A stretch of 64,000 bases of DNA. It comes from Glycera tridactyla. Lineage: Eukaryota. Numbering within the stretch: the first letter of the stretch is position 1; every line of letters begins with the position of its first letter. This document shows positions 26,561 through 38,419 of this stretch, piece after piece. A program made the translations under genes and the position numbers. The stretch is from assembly GCA_965644265.1 (NCBI GenBank), contig OZ286462.1, positions 38,378,001 to 38,442,000 on the forward strand. Direction: 5' to 3'. The notes beneath the pieces were generated by a model. That model saw only the letters and a list, made by a program, of their open reading frames with translations. It was not told the origin of the DNA and searched no databases.

Positions 26561-27569
26561 TGTGATAGCTGCTATTGGGCGAGGGGTGATATAGAATTCA
26601 CATTCACACACATTTACTCCTAGGATGAGGTCTGGAGAGTTTCCGTGTATAACCAGTAAAATAGTATTAAATGAATACTACTAAAAGTATGGGGGGGGGG
26701 TGGTGGATCAGTAAGTAATTCAATCCCTTTTGGTCCGTATTTAGTCCCCTTTTCTAACCGCCATCCATCAGTACACGTACAGCGTATAGCAATCATGTTC
26801 AGAGAAGTCATCAGATTGATGCGAGCAATAACAAGTTGTTCAGTAATACAGCTACAATTCTTTCTATATGGATGAGGTGCCCATGAGGGTTAAACGCCAT
26901 CCCTGTCTAAAAATTATTGTGATTCAGCTAGTGGATGAGGTGTCCATATGGATTAAACGCCATCCTTTAGGTTGTTGTATGCCTAAGGCAGTATTGAATG
27001 CTGGAAGGCAAAAACATTTCAAATGTGAGCTTCAGACCATCATAGGTTAATCATAGGTCTAGAGATCGATTGTCTTTGCAGTTCAAAAATGCAAGATTTC
27101 TGGTAAAATAGTTCATATGTCCATATGTAAGGTAAGTATTCTGTGTGCTGAACATACTGCAAAAAATAGCAAGAAATAGCAGGAAATAGCCTGATCATCA
27201 GTCCATATATCAGCCCTGACCATGGTATGGGCCCAAAAATTTAGATGATCCGGCCATTTGAGAACGTTAGAGTAACTATACATGCAGTTAAGACAACATG
27301 GTGCTGGGTATCGTTGATGGACCGAGACGAACCGACGAGCAATACCACGTACACCCATTAAAACTGCGGTCTTGCTATTATGCCAAGACATTAATAGAGA
27401 GATAAATCGTCTAGCAAAGCTAATTATTGTACATACTGAGATCGTTTGGTGGTACTAGTCGGTCCGTTGTTTACCGGGCTGGTGGAGTTGCTATGATTCG
27501 TGTACTATAAGGCATTATGAAGACACTAATTCGTTCTGAGGGTGCCAGGCGATTGTTATGACTCTAGAC

Positions 27570-27735
27570 CCGGTCGCCATTTTGTACCACATGCCTTGGC
27601 CTTTGAGGAAGGAGCATGCTGATTGGCTGAACGTCGAGACTCGCAGGGCATCATGGGAGAAATCGACCGATAATTGCTAAAAAATTTCGCTAAGGATCAT
27701 GGGAGCGGTTAGTCATATTACCGCCATTTTACTGT
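27570..27735 (-). promoter_or_regulatory. CpG-rich promoter-like block inside the inter-ORF spacer
   Basis: YY1-type AAAATGGCGG (27730-27721) and CAAAATGGCG (27584-27575), and NF-Y consensus CAGCCAATCAG (27629-27619), all on the element's sense strand. Confidence 0.5.
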
Positions 27736-27865
27736 ATCATAATCGGGATGTACCGAAAAAGTAGTCCATTATTTAAATCCAAATTACTATTAAAGACTAG
27801 CACACACCATTCATACAATAGATGATTATATGCCAAAATAAGGATTGTTCGTTGAAAAAAACGAA

Positions 27866-28813
27866 TTATCCCTGATTCTGGTCAATGTTTTCATCAGCGT
27901 TTGTGATGCGCGGCAGGTCGTCTTCACTCGCGATGGAGGTGGCTTCTTCACCCTCGTTTCTCACAATAAACACAGTGCCATTTGTCGTCCAAGTACGAAA
28001 TATCATCCGTTTTCGCACCCTCAGTCTTGCTGCATAGGCTAGCCTGGCTTGTTCACGTGTGAGATCTTCTTGTATAAATACAAATGGAAGTTTCGGTCTA
28101 AGCACAATCCGTTCGTTGTAGATGGAATCTCGCAGATTTTTGTTGGCCAGTTTCACAAGTAAAGGCCTGCAGTTTTCGGGATTGTTCCTTCCCATTCTCG
28201 ATGTTGAAACGATCTGTGATGGGGCCATTGGTACATCCAGTTCTTCATTGACTAATCGTGTAATGACTCGTATGTCATTTAGCCCTTCAGCGATACCACG
28301 GAAAACCAAATTGTTTTCTTTATTGTCAGTTTGTTCAGGTATCGCCATGCTTTGCGGTGGATCAGCTGATCGCATTTGTTCCGGGGGTTTCAATTCGCGA
28401 ATAATGGCATCTTGATCAGCCACTTTCTCCTCCAGCGCTTGAATACGGCTTTCGTAGTGGGCTACTGTGGATTTGATGAGACCATTAAGCACAGTAGCTA
28501 CATTGTCGTCTTGTAGGGCGATCATCAGGTTCTGTTTGAATTCCTCGTCTTTCGCAAGAAAGTTCCCATTCAACCTTGGTTCAGACTGATTACAAGATTC
28601 CAATGAGGATTCAGCGTCTTTGATTGTACTTTCATCTAATGCGATAGAACCAATGGAAGGTTCCAGAGTTACTTTATTAGGCGTGCTTTGCGATGGCAAG
28701 CCAAATAGATTGAATTCAAGGCTGGTTGTAACAGTGCGCCCACGTTTTTCTCCGGGATCGTCCATTTTGGTGGTTGGTGACAACTCACGCTTTGAAGAAG
28801 TCGGCGTTGTCAT
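27866..28813 (-). CDS. LINE ORF1 (Transposase_22/L1TD1-like: coiled coil, RRM, CTD; 315 aa from ATG, frame open from GTG at 28837)
   Basis: Coiled coil YESRIQALEEKVADQDAIIRELK; RRM start NNLVFRGIAE; RMGR..RPLLVKL; FIQEDLT; TWTTNGTVF; positioned upstream of ORF2. Confidence 0.9.
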   Translation of the reverse strand: MTTPTSSKRELSPTTKMDDPGEKRGRTVTTSLEFNLFGLPSQSTPNKVTLEPSIGSIALDESTIKDAESSLESCNQSEPRLNGNFLAKDEEFKQNLMIALQDDNVATVLNGLIKSTVAHYESRIQALEEKVADQDAIIRELKPPEQMRSADPPQSMAIPEQTDNKENNLVFRGIAEGLNDIRVITRLVNEELDVPMAPSQIVSTSRMGRNNPENCRPLLVKLANKNLRDSIYNERIVLRPKLPFVFIQEDLTREQARLAYAARLRVRKRMIFRTWTTNGTVFIVRNEGEEATSIASEDDLPRITNADENIDQNQG

Positions 28814-30955
28814 GGCGTCGCAGTATTCGTATCCCACTGCGTGTGCAAAGTTCGAGTTTCTTGTAGATTCGCTGGATTATTCTTCTCCAAATCGATATGT
28901 TGGTGGTCTTGGAATATTCGTACTTCAACTCGTCGGTTCGTATCAGTCCATCAATCCCCGTATCCCCCCAAAATGGTAGACTTTGATCAGCTGTTTACAT
29001 GTTTTGTTGTTGTATCGTCGGCGGAGGGATATGATGGATAATTTTGGTTGTAAGAGATGAAGTCACACTCACACAGGTTTTATGGAGTTCTGACTTAAAA
29101 GTTTTATGGAGTTCTAACTTTCATTAACCGAAATATGAGTTCAGTGAGGGTAATTCCAATATATGACTGATAGAATTATAAACTGAGTGGTGGACTGAAA
29201 ATGTGAATTGGTACCATGCACATTATACTCAGTTTCATGATGCACAATACACCCAAAGAACAGAAATTATCTCAAGGCGAATTGAGTTAATACTTCTGTC
29301 AACATATCTGATTCTCAGTTCCCACAGCCTACAGAACNNNNNNNNNNNNNNNNNNNNNNNNNNNNNNNNNNNNNNNNNNNNNNNNNNNNNNNNNNNNNNN
29401 NNNNNNNNNNNNNNNNNNNNNNNNNNNNNNNNNNNNNNNNNNNNNNNNNNNNNNNNNNNNNNNNNNNNNNNNNNCGTCACAGTACATTTTGTTAAGAAAC
29501 ACACATATCACCAGTTGATGAAGAAAGTGGATGATTTTGACAATTATCTGGAGGGCAAAAGTGGACGTCACATGGAAACCTAGATAAGTGAAAGGTGTTT
29601 GAGGTATAGTGATTGTTCGGAAAGGCAGGTCATTCAACCCACCCATATATCCCTTCACATTGGTTTTTTTCAAGTGACAGTGGCAGCTAGATATTTTTCA
29701 GACAGGCATCACTAGCAATGTGACAATAATGTTATGAGGAAATATGTCGAGAAATGAGGCTAATAACATATTCAATTACCTCAGTTCATTGTCAGCATGG
29801 GGATGTGATATGGTTTTTTTCCATTAGCATGTCAAAAAGAATTTAATGCAATTTACAAAGCCATGACAACTTAAGAGATCTCCACATGCAGACAGAACAT
29901 GGGGAATCCCCACTTGTACAAGTATCCATATACCTCCCAGTACTCTTAGCAGGAGAAAGGAGAATACAGTTTACAAAACCTGTGACACCTGCCTTGGAGA
30001 AACTGAGTAACAATGCCGAGTTTTTTGTGGTGGTTTGTACCTTGCTATACCCACCTGTTGCCTGGGGTTAAATCCTCTCTGGAATTCAGGACAGATGCAG
30101 AACCAGACTGAAATCCTTACAATATTAACCCACCTCTATGTTCAAAATATGGTGATGTCAACCAATTCTAAAAGTGACATGACAATTTCACCATATGGCT
30201 ATCACTATACATGATTTGCTTATGAATTACACTTCACACATGGATCCTAGAGACCGGCAGTGATTACCAACGTGATCTGAGATTGTCTACAAATTTGTGG
30301 AGAAGATTAGCTATGTTTTCATTGCATTCATACTTTGAATCTGCCACATTTATTGACAATTGTTTGTGTATAAAATAATAAGGATGTGGCTGCCACCACT
30401 GATGGAGATAATATGTGAAAATGACATATTCTGCAAACTGAAGTATAATATATAAGTGAACTTCCTTGTGATCTGTAGTTGCTGGAGATGTCTTGTTGGG
30501 AATTCTTGCATTTACTTTGTAGATCCTGCTACAGATTTTGTAAGAAGAACTCCAGTGTCTCTATATAGAATAAATTGCCTGAAAACTTCCACTCTTAAGG
30601 GAAGAAATTTTCTCACAAGGTTCCACGGTAAGCCACTACAAACCAAATGAAATGCAACTGCAGTGGATCACAGTCTGCTACCTGAACAAATTCAACCAAC
30701 TTCATAATTATATGCCTTGCCCTTCCTCACTTCCCGTGGTGGTAAATGAGCACAAAAACAGAATCGACTGCATGGGCTAAGAATCTACAATTGTCTACAA
30801 TGGTCAAGTACTCATTCATACCAGGGTGAAATGGAGTGGTGGAACTGGGTTGTTCTACTTGTTTACCTCTGCACTGAGATGTAGCCATGTGTAATGGCTG
30901 GTATTCAATGGTCATTTCTGTCCATTTTCATCCCCTATCTGTGTATAAGTTCTGG

Positions 30956-31232
30956 ACAAGATGCTGTCATGAAGAGTGCATCCCCCATAGGTGATTTTTC
31001 ACTAAGAGCAACGACTCGTTCAAAAATCATTCAATCACAAAACCCTAACAATATGCACCGCATCACTTGATGGTAATCATTCTGTGAAAGTTTGATGACA
31101 ATCACATATGAAATGAATGAGGAGTTGCGCAGCCAAGAATATGCGAGTGACAGACAGATGGACGGACCAAAAGACGGGCTGACGGACGCTTACCATTTCT
31201 ATATCTCTACAACTTTCGTTGGGGGATAAAAA
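30956..31232 (+). mobile_element. HINE/DINE-like non-autonomous Helentron
   Basis: 5' ACAAGATG..., subterminal inverted repeat ATCCCCC (30980-30986) / GGGGGAT (31221-31227), (GACA/GACG)n core, 3' stem-loop CAAC-TTTC-GTTG, ending ATAAAAAT. Confidence 0.65.
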
Positions 31233-32657
31233 TGGCCATTGTCTGTACTAGCGACCACTAATGTTGGACAAGTCTGTCTAAATAGGAGCTAGACTAATAC
31301 CAAAAAGAGAGATAGCAGGGGCGTGTGCTAAATGTACAATAATAGCCCCGATGGCCAAGATTTGTGGGTAGCTAAGCTGACTGTCCAGTGTGAGGATAAC
31401 ATGGCCAGTGATGGTCAGATAAACCCCCAGACATCCCTTAAGCTGCTAGACCTCAACACCAGTGCCAATAACGAACACAAACGCCAACTAAGAGCCATAC
31501 ATAGCTATTGCTTATGAATGCTGCAATCTTGCACATTCTTCCCCATTATTGAGTGAACATATGAAAGGAATCCAATTTCCAATCCAACTTTTTCACAATT
31601 ATTCCATAACAATACATTTTCGTGTGAGAATTCATGAGTTCATATAACCATGCAGCTTGCTATGAGGCAAAGAGTGTGAAAGCTGGATATTCTGTGGGCA
31701 GCAAAAATCTATTTGTAAAAATTCATCCAGCATCATTGTTTTGTGTGACCATGGCATTTATATAGTTGTACTCTCAGCAGTTGAAAATGCCTTCACAAAA
31801 GAACTTTTTAGCCACTTTCTCATCTAGGGAGCAGATCGGAAGAATCACTCTCCCCAAAACAAAATCACTCTTTCAAAATGGTGCAAGGTCAAAAGACAGA
31901 ACAAATGAAGCTAGGCTATTTTGAGGGCAAGTTATTTGTGTGAATAAATGCCCGATCAAGATGTGGACTCCAATCTATGTAAAACCATCTCATATAATAG
32001 GGAATAGGGTTTGTTATTGGTTGAGTCGAAATTGTGGTTGTCTGTCTTCACAGTAAATTCATCACCCTCACATCCTCTGAAGAATGTACACTCTTTCATC
32101 CGGAGAGTTAGTTTGGTTTTTTTCACTATCTCGAAATCTGATTCCATCCCCACAGGATTAGGGAGACTGGCTAATTTCAGACTGTAAATCCAAGATTGTC
32201 TGTTCAAAATGACCAATTGGTATGAGTATCCCCCTTTCATTCCCCTTTAGAGGGGGTGGAAGACAAATTTACTTTGAGAGGCCTACGATATGACAGCACA
32301 TTTTTACAGTTGGACAATAAATGACGGACTTGCGCAGTCCACTCCCTCTCACCACTTAGAGAAGAAAATGAAGAATGACAGTACATGCAGTAAATCATTC
32401 ATGAATGCTTTACTCATGAAGATGAATTGTTGCAGGGCACTGTACATGTGAACTGACTGAGTGCCAGTCAGCCATTGATGACAAGAAACAAAGATGCTGT
32501 ATCGATTACACAAAATGTTTGCTGTCATTGTAGGCCATCGTTGATACAAGAGAAAAGCGGTATTCGTGACACTGAAATCTTTGCTGACATCTAGGGCATC
32601 ACAGATACAAACTAGGCCTGTAGGCCTGAAATGGTAAGCGGCAAGCGGATGAACATG

Positions 32658-33020
32658 GTGGTTGGTTGGTTGGCAGGTAATTGGTTGGTTGGGTGGTTAG
32701 TTGGTTGGTTAGTTGGTTGGTTCTTTGGTCGGTTGGGTGGTTGGTCAGTTGGGTGGTTCATCGGTTGGTTGGGTGGTTGGATGGGTGGGTGGTTGACTGG
32801 TTGGTTGGTTGGGTGGTTGGTTGGATGGGTGGTTGGGTGGTCGTTTGGTTGTTTGGTTGGTTGGTTGATTGGTTGGTTGGTTGGTTGGTTGGTTGAGTGG
32901 TTCGTTGGGTGGATGGGTGGGTGGTTGGTTTGTTGGGTGATTGATTGGTTGGTTGGTTGGTTGATGGTTGGCCGGGTGGTTGATTGGTTGGTTGGGTGGT
33001 TGGTTGGTTGGGTGGGTGGG
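32658..33020. repeat. (TGGT/TGGG)n microsatellite
   Basis: Directly visible; explains the WLVG and TNQP ORFs. Confidence 0.97.
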
Positions 33021-33032
33021 TGTGTGGTCTCC

Positions 33033-33170
33033 TCGTCATCGTAATCGTCCTCCTTGTCGTCGTCGCCGTCTTCGTCGTCGTCGTCATCATCCTCGTCCTC
33101 CCCCTCGATGTCGTCCTTGTCGTCGTCGTCCTTGCTCTCGTCTCCGTCCTCGTCGTCCTCGTTGTCGTTG
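33033..33170. repeat. (CGT/CCT)n trinucleotide repeat
   Basis: Directly visible; explains the poly-R, poly-V and poly-T ORFs. Confidence 0.95.
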
Positions 33171-34192
33171 TTCAGAAATCACTTTGGCGTGGTGGCTCGA
33201 TGAAGATGTGGACGTACGAGAACCCCACTGGGCATTCCAACTCAAGGAAGGCTCTGACTGAAATGAACACTCACTCCGACACACTAGTTGACCATACACA
33301 AAGAAACTATTGCTGGCTAACATACACTGGCTATTCACAGCGCTATCGAGGTAGTAAACGGAGGCAATGAGTGCTAATGCTAGCCTTGAATCCCATTTTG
33401 CAATCGCTTATTTTTTCTTTATTATTATTCCAAATGAAAATGCAATGCCAGCAACTGTTTTTATGAACAGTGAACAATCAACATGAGCTCCATCTCACGA
33501 TTTGGTAGCTTGCCTCAACTGAATGAATGAATGGTGTCAGGAGGTCGAGAGTTTCAAGCACTCTCCCTCTCCCATATCAGATTATGAGAGCCCACGAAAG
33601 TCAAAAATTTCTATACCATTTTTTTGTATCATTGCATAGTGGAGAAATAACATCCAATTTCATTAACACGAATCAACCGATATATTTTGTATCCATGAAA
33701 GCATGTCATACATGGGGTTCAAAATGCTAACATTTTCCTTAACTCGACAGACTCTTTCTATTCCAGAAAAAAAAACACGGCCGTTTTGCGATCCCAGCCC
33801 CACTACGCTCTGAATTTGGAGCCGGCAGGCGCCGCCTACCATATAAAGACACCGTATCCACGCTCCCGAAATCGTGGCTGCCCCAGTAGGTCATTGGTAA
33901 TTTGAGAGGAGACACTGTATTCATGATGCCAAAGTATTTGCCCCCATTGTAGCCCAATTGCTGACATGATGAACCATTGCTGATACACAAATCCTCGCTG
34001 GTATGGTGGACCATCACTGACATGAAGAAAAAAAGAAGAATCCATCTTGACAAAATCCTTGATGCCAATGTAGGCCATTGCTGATGCAAAACGCAATGCT
34101 GTATCCATAACACAAAAATCTGTGCTGTAACATCAAACACATTGTGACTACCTATGATGCTTGCAGTAAAGTCGTAGTTCTAGTCCTTATTA

Positions 34193-34299
34193 CAGTATAA
34201 CCTGTTTTGTAGTCAAATATTCCTCCTATGAGAGACTATCTGTCTTGAGAGACAATTTGTGGACAGCATTTGGGGCGGTCTCCCAAAAAGGTTTTACTG
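34193..34299. mobile_element. Short internally deleted CAGT-TIR MITE
   Basis: TA|CAGTATAACCT...AGGTTTTACTG|TA. Confidence 0.75.
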
Positions 34300-36506
34300 T
34301 ACTTTAATATGCAAACTGAGACAAGTAAGCAACTATGATCAATGTACATTTTCTCCGAGAACACCTTTCAATCATTAACTTGCAATTTACCTGCTACCCA
34401 AAAGCACCTGTCATGAGATACCAACATTTCTAGGAGATCACTAGGCATTCCCTTGTCACCAGTCCCACTGTGAGACCTACTTGCAGTTTTTCCTCTTGTT
34501 TTGAGTTTTATATAATTTAGCACCAATCAAGGAAGAATAGATTAATGATCAATCGATTAATCATTCAATCTCTTCATATTGTTATTTTAATCTTTGCAAG
34601 TGGCGACCTGTATATTCTTCAGTTTGCAAATTCAATGTGAGACCATCAGTAACTGGAAACCATCAGTGCTTTATGAGGTGACTTCTCATGAAGCTGAAAA
34701 AACAAGCAGCTACAAAGAAATCTTCATTTCTCATAACTTCTCCAAATTGATGGAAATTCTGAGCACTCCTGAGATTCAATTAAATATTTTTAAATAGGAG
34801 TAAATATTAAAATGACCTGTAGACATGATTCAAGTAGATAATTTCAATGCTGCTTGTGCAAATATGAATCATCACCGAATGATTCGGTGAGATAACTCAC
34901 AAAAGTGTGTGCTTCAAAAATGCTTAATTGAGGTCACTTGTAAAGGTCATGAACTAGGATGACTTCCACAGAAGCGCAAGAGTTATCTCTAAAACACCAA
35001 CTGCTCTGGGGGAAATTATTCTGCTATTCATTTCTAAGAAGAAATTACGAATTTAATTAGGGAGCCATATCATGGTGGAAATAATTATGGCCCCGCATAA
35101 ATATTATCCCTCAAAGGGGATAGCTTTATTTTTATGAGAACAATGGAAAAAAATTATTTAAACCCTTTTACGTCAAAGTTTGACAACAGTGAAAGATATC
35201 ACAAGTCATTTCAATGATGTACTTCTCAAGATTTCATTGATGATTTTGTAATAAATCCATGTACATATACACCCCATCATGAAGTTGCAAACGGTTCAGC
35301 AATGAACATGACCTCCCCAACTAAATACAAAAGGGATGAAATGTTTGCATTCAATGTTGCAAAAGACAGAATCTTCAAAGTTAGTCATTAATGGTTGTAA
35401 AAATATGAAAACTATTTTTTTCTATGATATTCTTCAAATTTCTGTCCATGGTCAATTCAAATTCAAAAAGTTCTCTCTCTTATTTGGAGTCAATATCATG
35501 TAACAGATCCCAAATTTGACGACAAATTGTTGAAGGTGATTTTGATGTGACTGATATGGAACAGATGGTTTAAATGAATGATGAAACAATTCAAATCATA
35601 ATGAATGACAGGCCTGTCAGCTCAAATATGCTGATACACTCTTTCTGCATCATCTCCCCATCTCAAATAAATGGAAAGCAAATATCTTGACAAATGGTCA
35701 TTAAAAACACATCGTGAATTTCGGTTCCTAGCAAACATTTAATAGCTAGCAACAATTGGCCTGAAGTGGGGTGACCTCGACCTAGATCTGCCTCATTTCC
35801 AAATCCATAACAGTCTCTCTACTCTCAGATTGCCGACTACCACTGACAGCTACAGATGACATTTTATAAGACATATTCATGACATTAATGCATTTCTATG
35901 TTGAATGAGACCTTTCATATATATTTAGGTTTGTGTTCACTATATGACATAATATCTGTGGAATGAAACAATTATTCACTAAAGTCGGGAAATCCCAACA
36001 ACCATATTGAATGAGCCGCCTCTCCACCTACAAAGTATGTATTCTAGAGGGTGACAGCATGTGCATTATTGCAGATATGAGACTCTCTTCTTTCTCACTC
36101 CACATTCCACAGCACAGCTATTGATCAATCGATGTGCTTACCAGGTTCTGTGGTACAGACGAACCTGCTCACAAGATCACCTCTATACAAAGACCACCCA
36201 CCTTCAAAGCTTAAAATCAAAAATACCACCTCTCTGCAAAGTCCAGCCTAGGTCACATTGGAAATGCATGCATTCTACAATGAATAAACTCTATATAAAT
36301 CTCACCTGTTACAGTGACCAGTTTTCATGTGATCAAGACCAAGATTGGTCTTTGCAGATATATATGTAGGTTCGAGTGAGTTATGATTTTCACAATACAA
36401 ACCTTAGTTTAAATTGAGTGCTATCTCATATGACAGACCGGGCCCTGTATGAATCAGAATGATCCAGCAACGGCACATGCTCTCTAGGCTGACAGCTCAC
36501 ATAGTA

Positions 36507-36682
36507 CAGTGAAACCTGTGACTACAGACCACCCTAAATGTCACCAAAAAGTGGTCTCTCAAAAGAGGTGGTTGATTGTCGAAGGTGTATTTGAATATGT
36601 CAAATAGAAAAGCTGCCCTGAAAGAGCAGTTGCTGGCTGGAGATGGTCTCCCGTCAGGGGTTTCTTGTTGCAGGTTTCACTG
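36507..36682. mobile_element. CAGT-TIR MITE, subfamily 2 (a more decayed relative lies at ~36148-36380)
   Basis: TA|CAGTGAAACCTG...CAGGTTTCACTG|CA; core aligns with 14692-14868. Confidence 0.85.
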
Positions 36683-38419
36683 CATGTCCAGATCAGACCT
36701 GGGGCGGGGATACTCTCTAATCTCTTACATGTACCAAACTGTCTATATATTACTCGATGGGTACTCAAACGTAACCTATTAGATACCACCCTCACTAATG
36801 CGCAACATGGAAGGTATCAAACTCTGCCCTGCATTCTGAATACTTAGCTGAGATGGCAAATACTCATGTGAATGAGTCACTAAGGGATGACATCATACTT
36901 GGCTTACTTTGATCATGTCACTCGGGCAATGACTATATGGACAGATGTTAATAGATACTGCAAATATGGTTGCACATACACACATTTCCACCATGTTTGA
37001 CCCACTCGCCATTCTCTCTCCCCTATGTATATTATTACATACATACAAGTCCATACTTGAAGCCACTGATGGATCCTGTGGGAAATTCATCAAGGATGAA
37101 TTCCTCCCTGATGGGCATTTTGGACCATAATAGGATGCATGTTCATATTCCGTACCACCAATAAAGTGGTATCTCCCGGGAAAACATGTTTTCTGACAGC
37201 TGCAGTAGCTGGTCATCCTGGATATTCAAAACAGCCCTATTTTCCTCTCATCCCCATTGCTAGAAGCAACCTCCTCACAGACTGAAGGATCAACAGAAAT
37301 GTACCAAGTTTGTGGAAAATGTCACAATTCAAATAAGAAGAATATCACTATTCAATACAGTGTAATATTTCCTTTGTCCCAAAATGCTGGGTATGATATT
37401 GGTGTAGACAGGAGGTTTATCAGGTTCACTAAAAACTTACACTATTAAAAAAAAAGAGGAAAAATCAATATTCAGCAGTCTCATTTCCTTTTCATCCAAA
37501 ATGCTCTGCTTGATGTTGGTATTGACTGGTGGTTCATAAATTACCCAGATTTATTGGAGTTTTAACAAATCGCTATTCAAAAGTACCACTCAAAGCAGTA
37601 AGTTATTATACACAATAATCCATTCCTATTGTTATGGTGTCATTATGCACTTAAAGATCGATAAGAGAGAAGCTCATTGTCTGTGGAATAGCAACAAACA
37701 ATGGAGTAATTAGAATGCTGATGTTTCATTGAGATGGAGACATTTTACTGATAAAACATCATGCGAAGTCTCTCCAGCATGAAGACATCAACAGGTCGGT
37801 TTCCTGAATCACACAGCAGATCATGGATAAGAACCAATGTAGTTGACGGTACTGTTTCTCCACCAAATTCCATCTATGATGAACTTAAAATAGAACTGTA
37901 ATCCAGAGGATGACTAATGCCCCCCCCCCCCCCCCACTCCAGCCAATGTGAACTTATGAACACCACAAATTAACATTCAAGATGACAGCCTCAGGTTTGG
38001 GTACTGTAGCCATAGTGTATCCACAGGTAGCAATGTAGAGTGCNNNNNNNNNNNNNNNNNNNNNNNNNNNNNNNNNNNNNNNNNNNNNNNNNNNNNNNNN
38101 NNNNNNNNNNNNNNNNNNNNNNNNNNNNNNNNNNNNNNNNNNNNNNNNNNNNNNNNNNNNNNNNNNNNNNNNNNNNCAGCGGATTATTGAAGTAGAAGTG
38201 AGCTATTGCTCCATGATGAAATCGACCAGGTGTTACATAATACAGGGAAGAACAACAGAACACCTCGTCACTCACTGAGACTCATACATAGGAATGAGGT
38301 CAAAGCCAGGAGAACTGTACGTTCTTTTCAGTCAAACACATAGACAGTGGAAGAGAGCAACTGAGCCAGGTAGAGTTTGGCTGTCTCAAAATATGTCAAA
38401 AATTGCATGTAAACCATCA

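Larger units (their letters stand above)
23317..29050 (-). mobile_element. Apparently intact CR1-group (L2/Crack/Daphne-like) LINE: 5' UTR, ORF1, ~1.3-kb spacer, ORF2, 3' UTR
   Basis: Two uninterrupted ORFs in LINE order. 3' end AATAAAAGACTATTATTATT at ~23337-23317. The 5' limit (~29050) is approximate and no TSD was found. Confidence 0.93.

Noticed and set aside
26790-26815. CUGAUGA followed by GAAC in the LINE spacer, as a possible hammerhead ribozyme
   Set aside because: No stem II can form between CUGAUGA and GAAC, the GAAA core is missing, and there is no matching NUH/stem III. The CUGAUGA at ~27195 also lacks the rest of the core.
28620-28979. 119-aa antisense ORF across the LINE 5' UTR and ORF1 (ORF0-like)
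   Set aside because: Non-ATG start, mostly the antisense shadow of ORF1, and no recognisable features. The plus-strand ORFs inside ORF2 are also shadows.
23290-29160. Target-site duplication for the intact LINE
   Set aside because: No exact direct repeat between the sequence beyond the (TAT)n tail and the 29.0-29.2 kb region, so the 5' boundary remains approximate.
30720-30900. SINE-core-like segment (CCATTTCACCCTGGTATGAATGAGTAC, minus strand)
   Set aside because: No A/B boxes or tail were found; the similarity is short and recalled from memory only.
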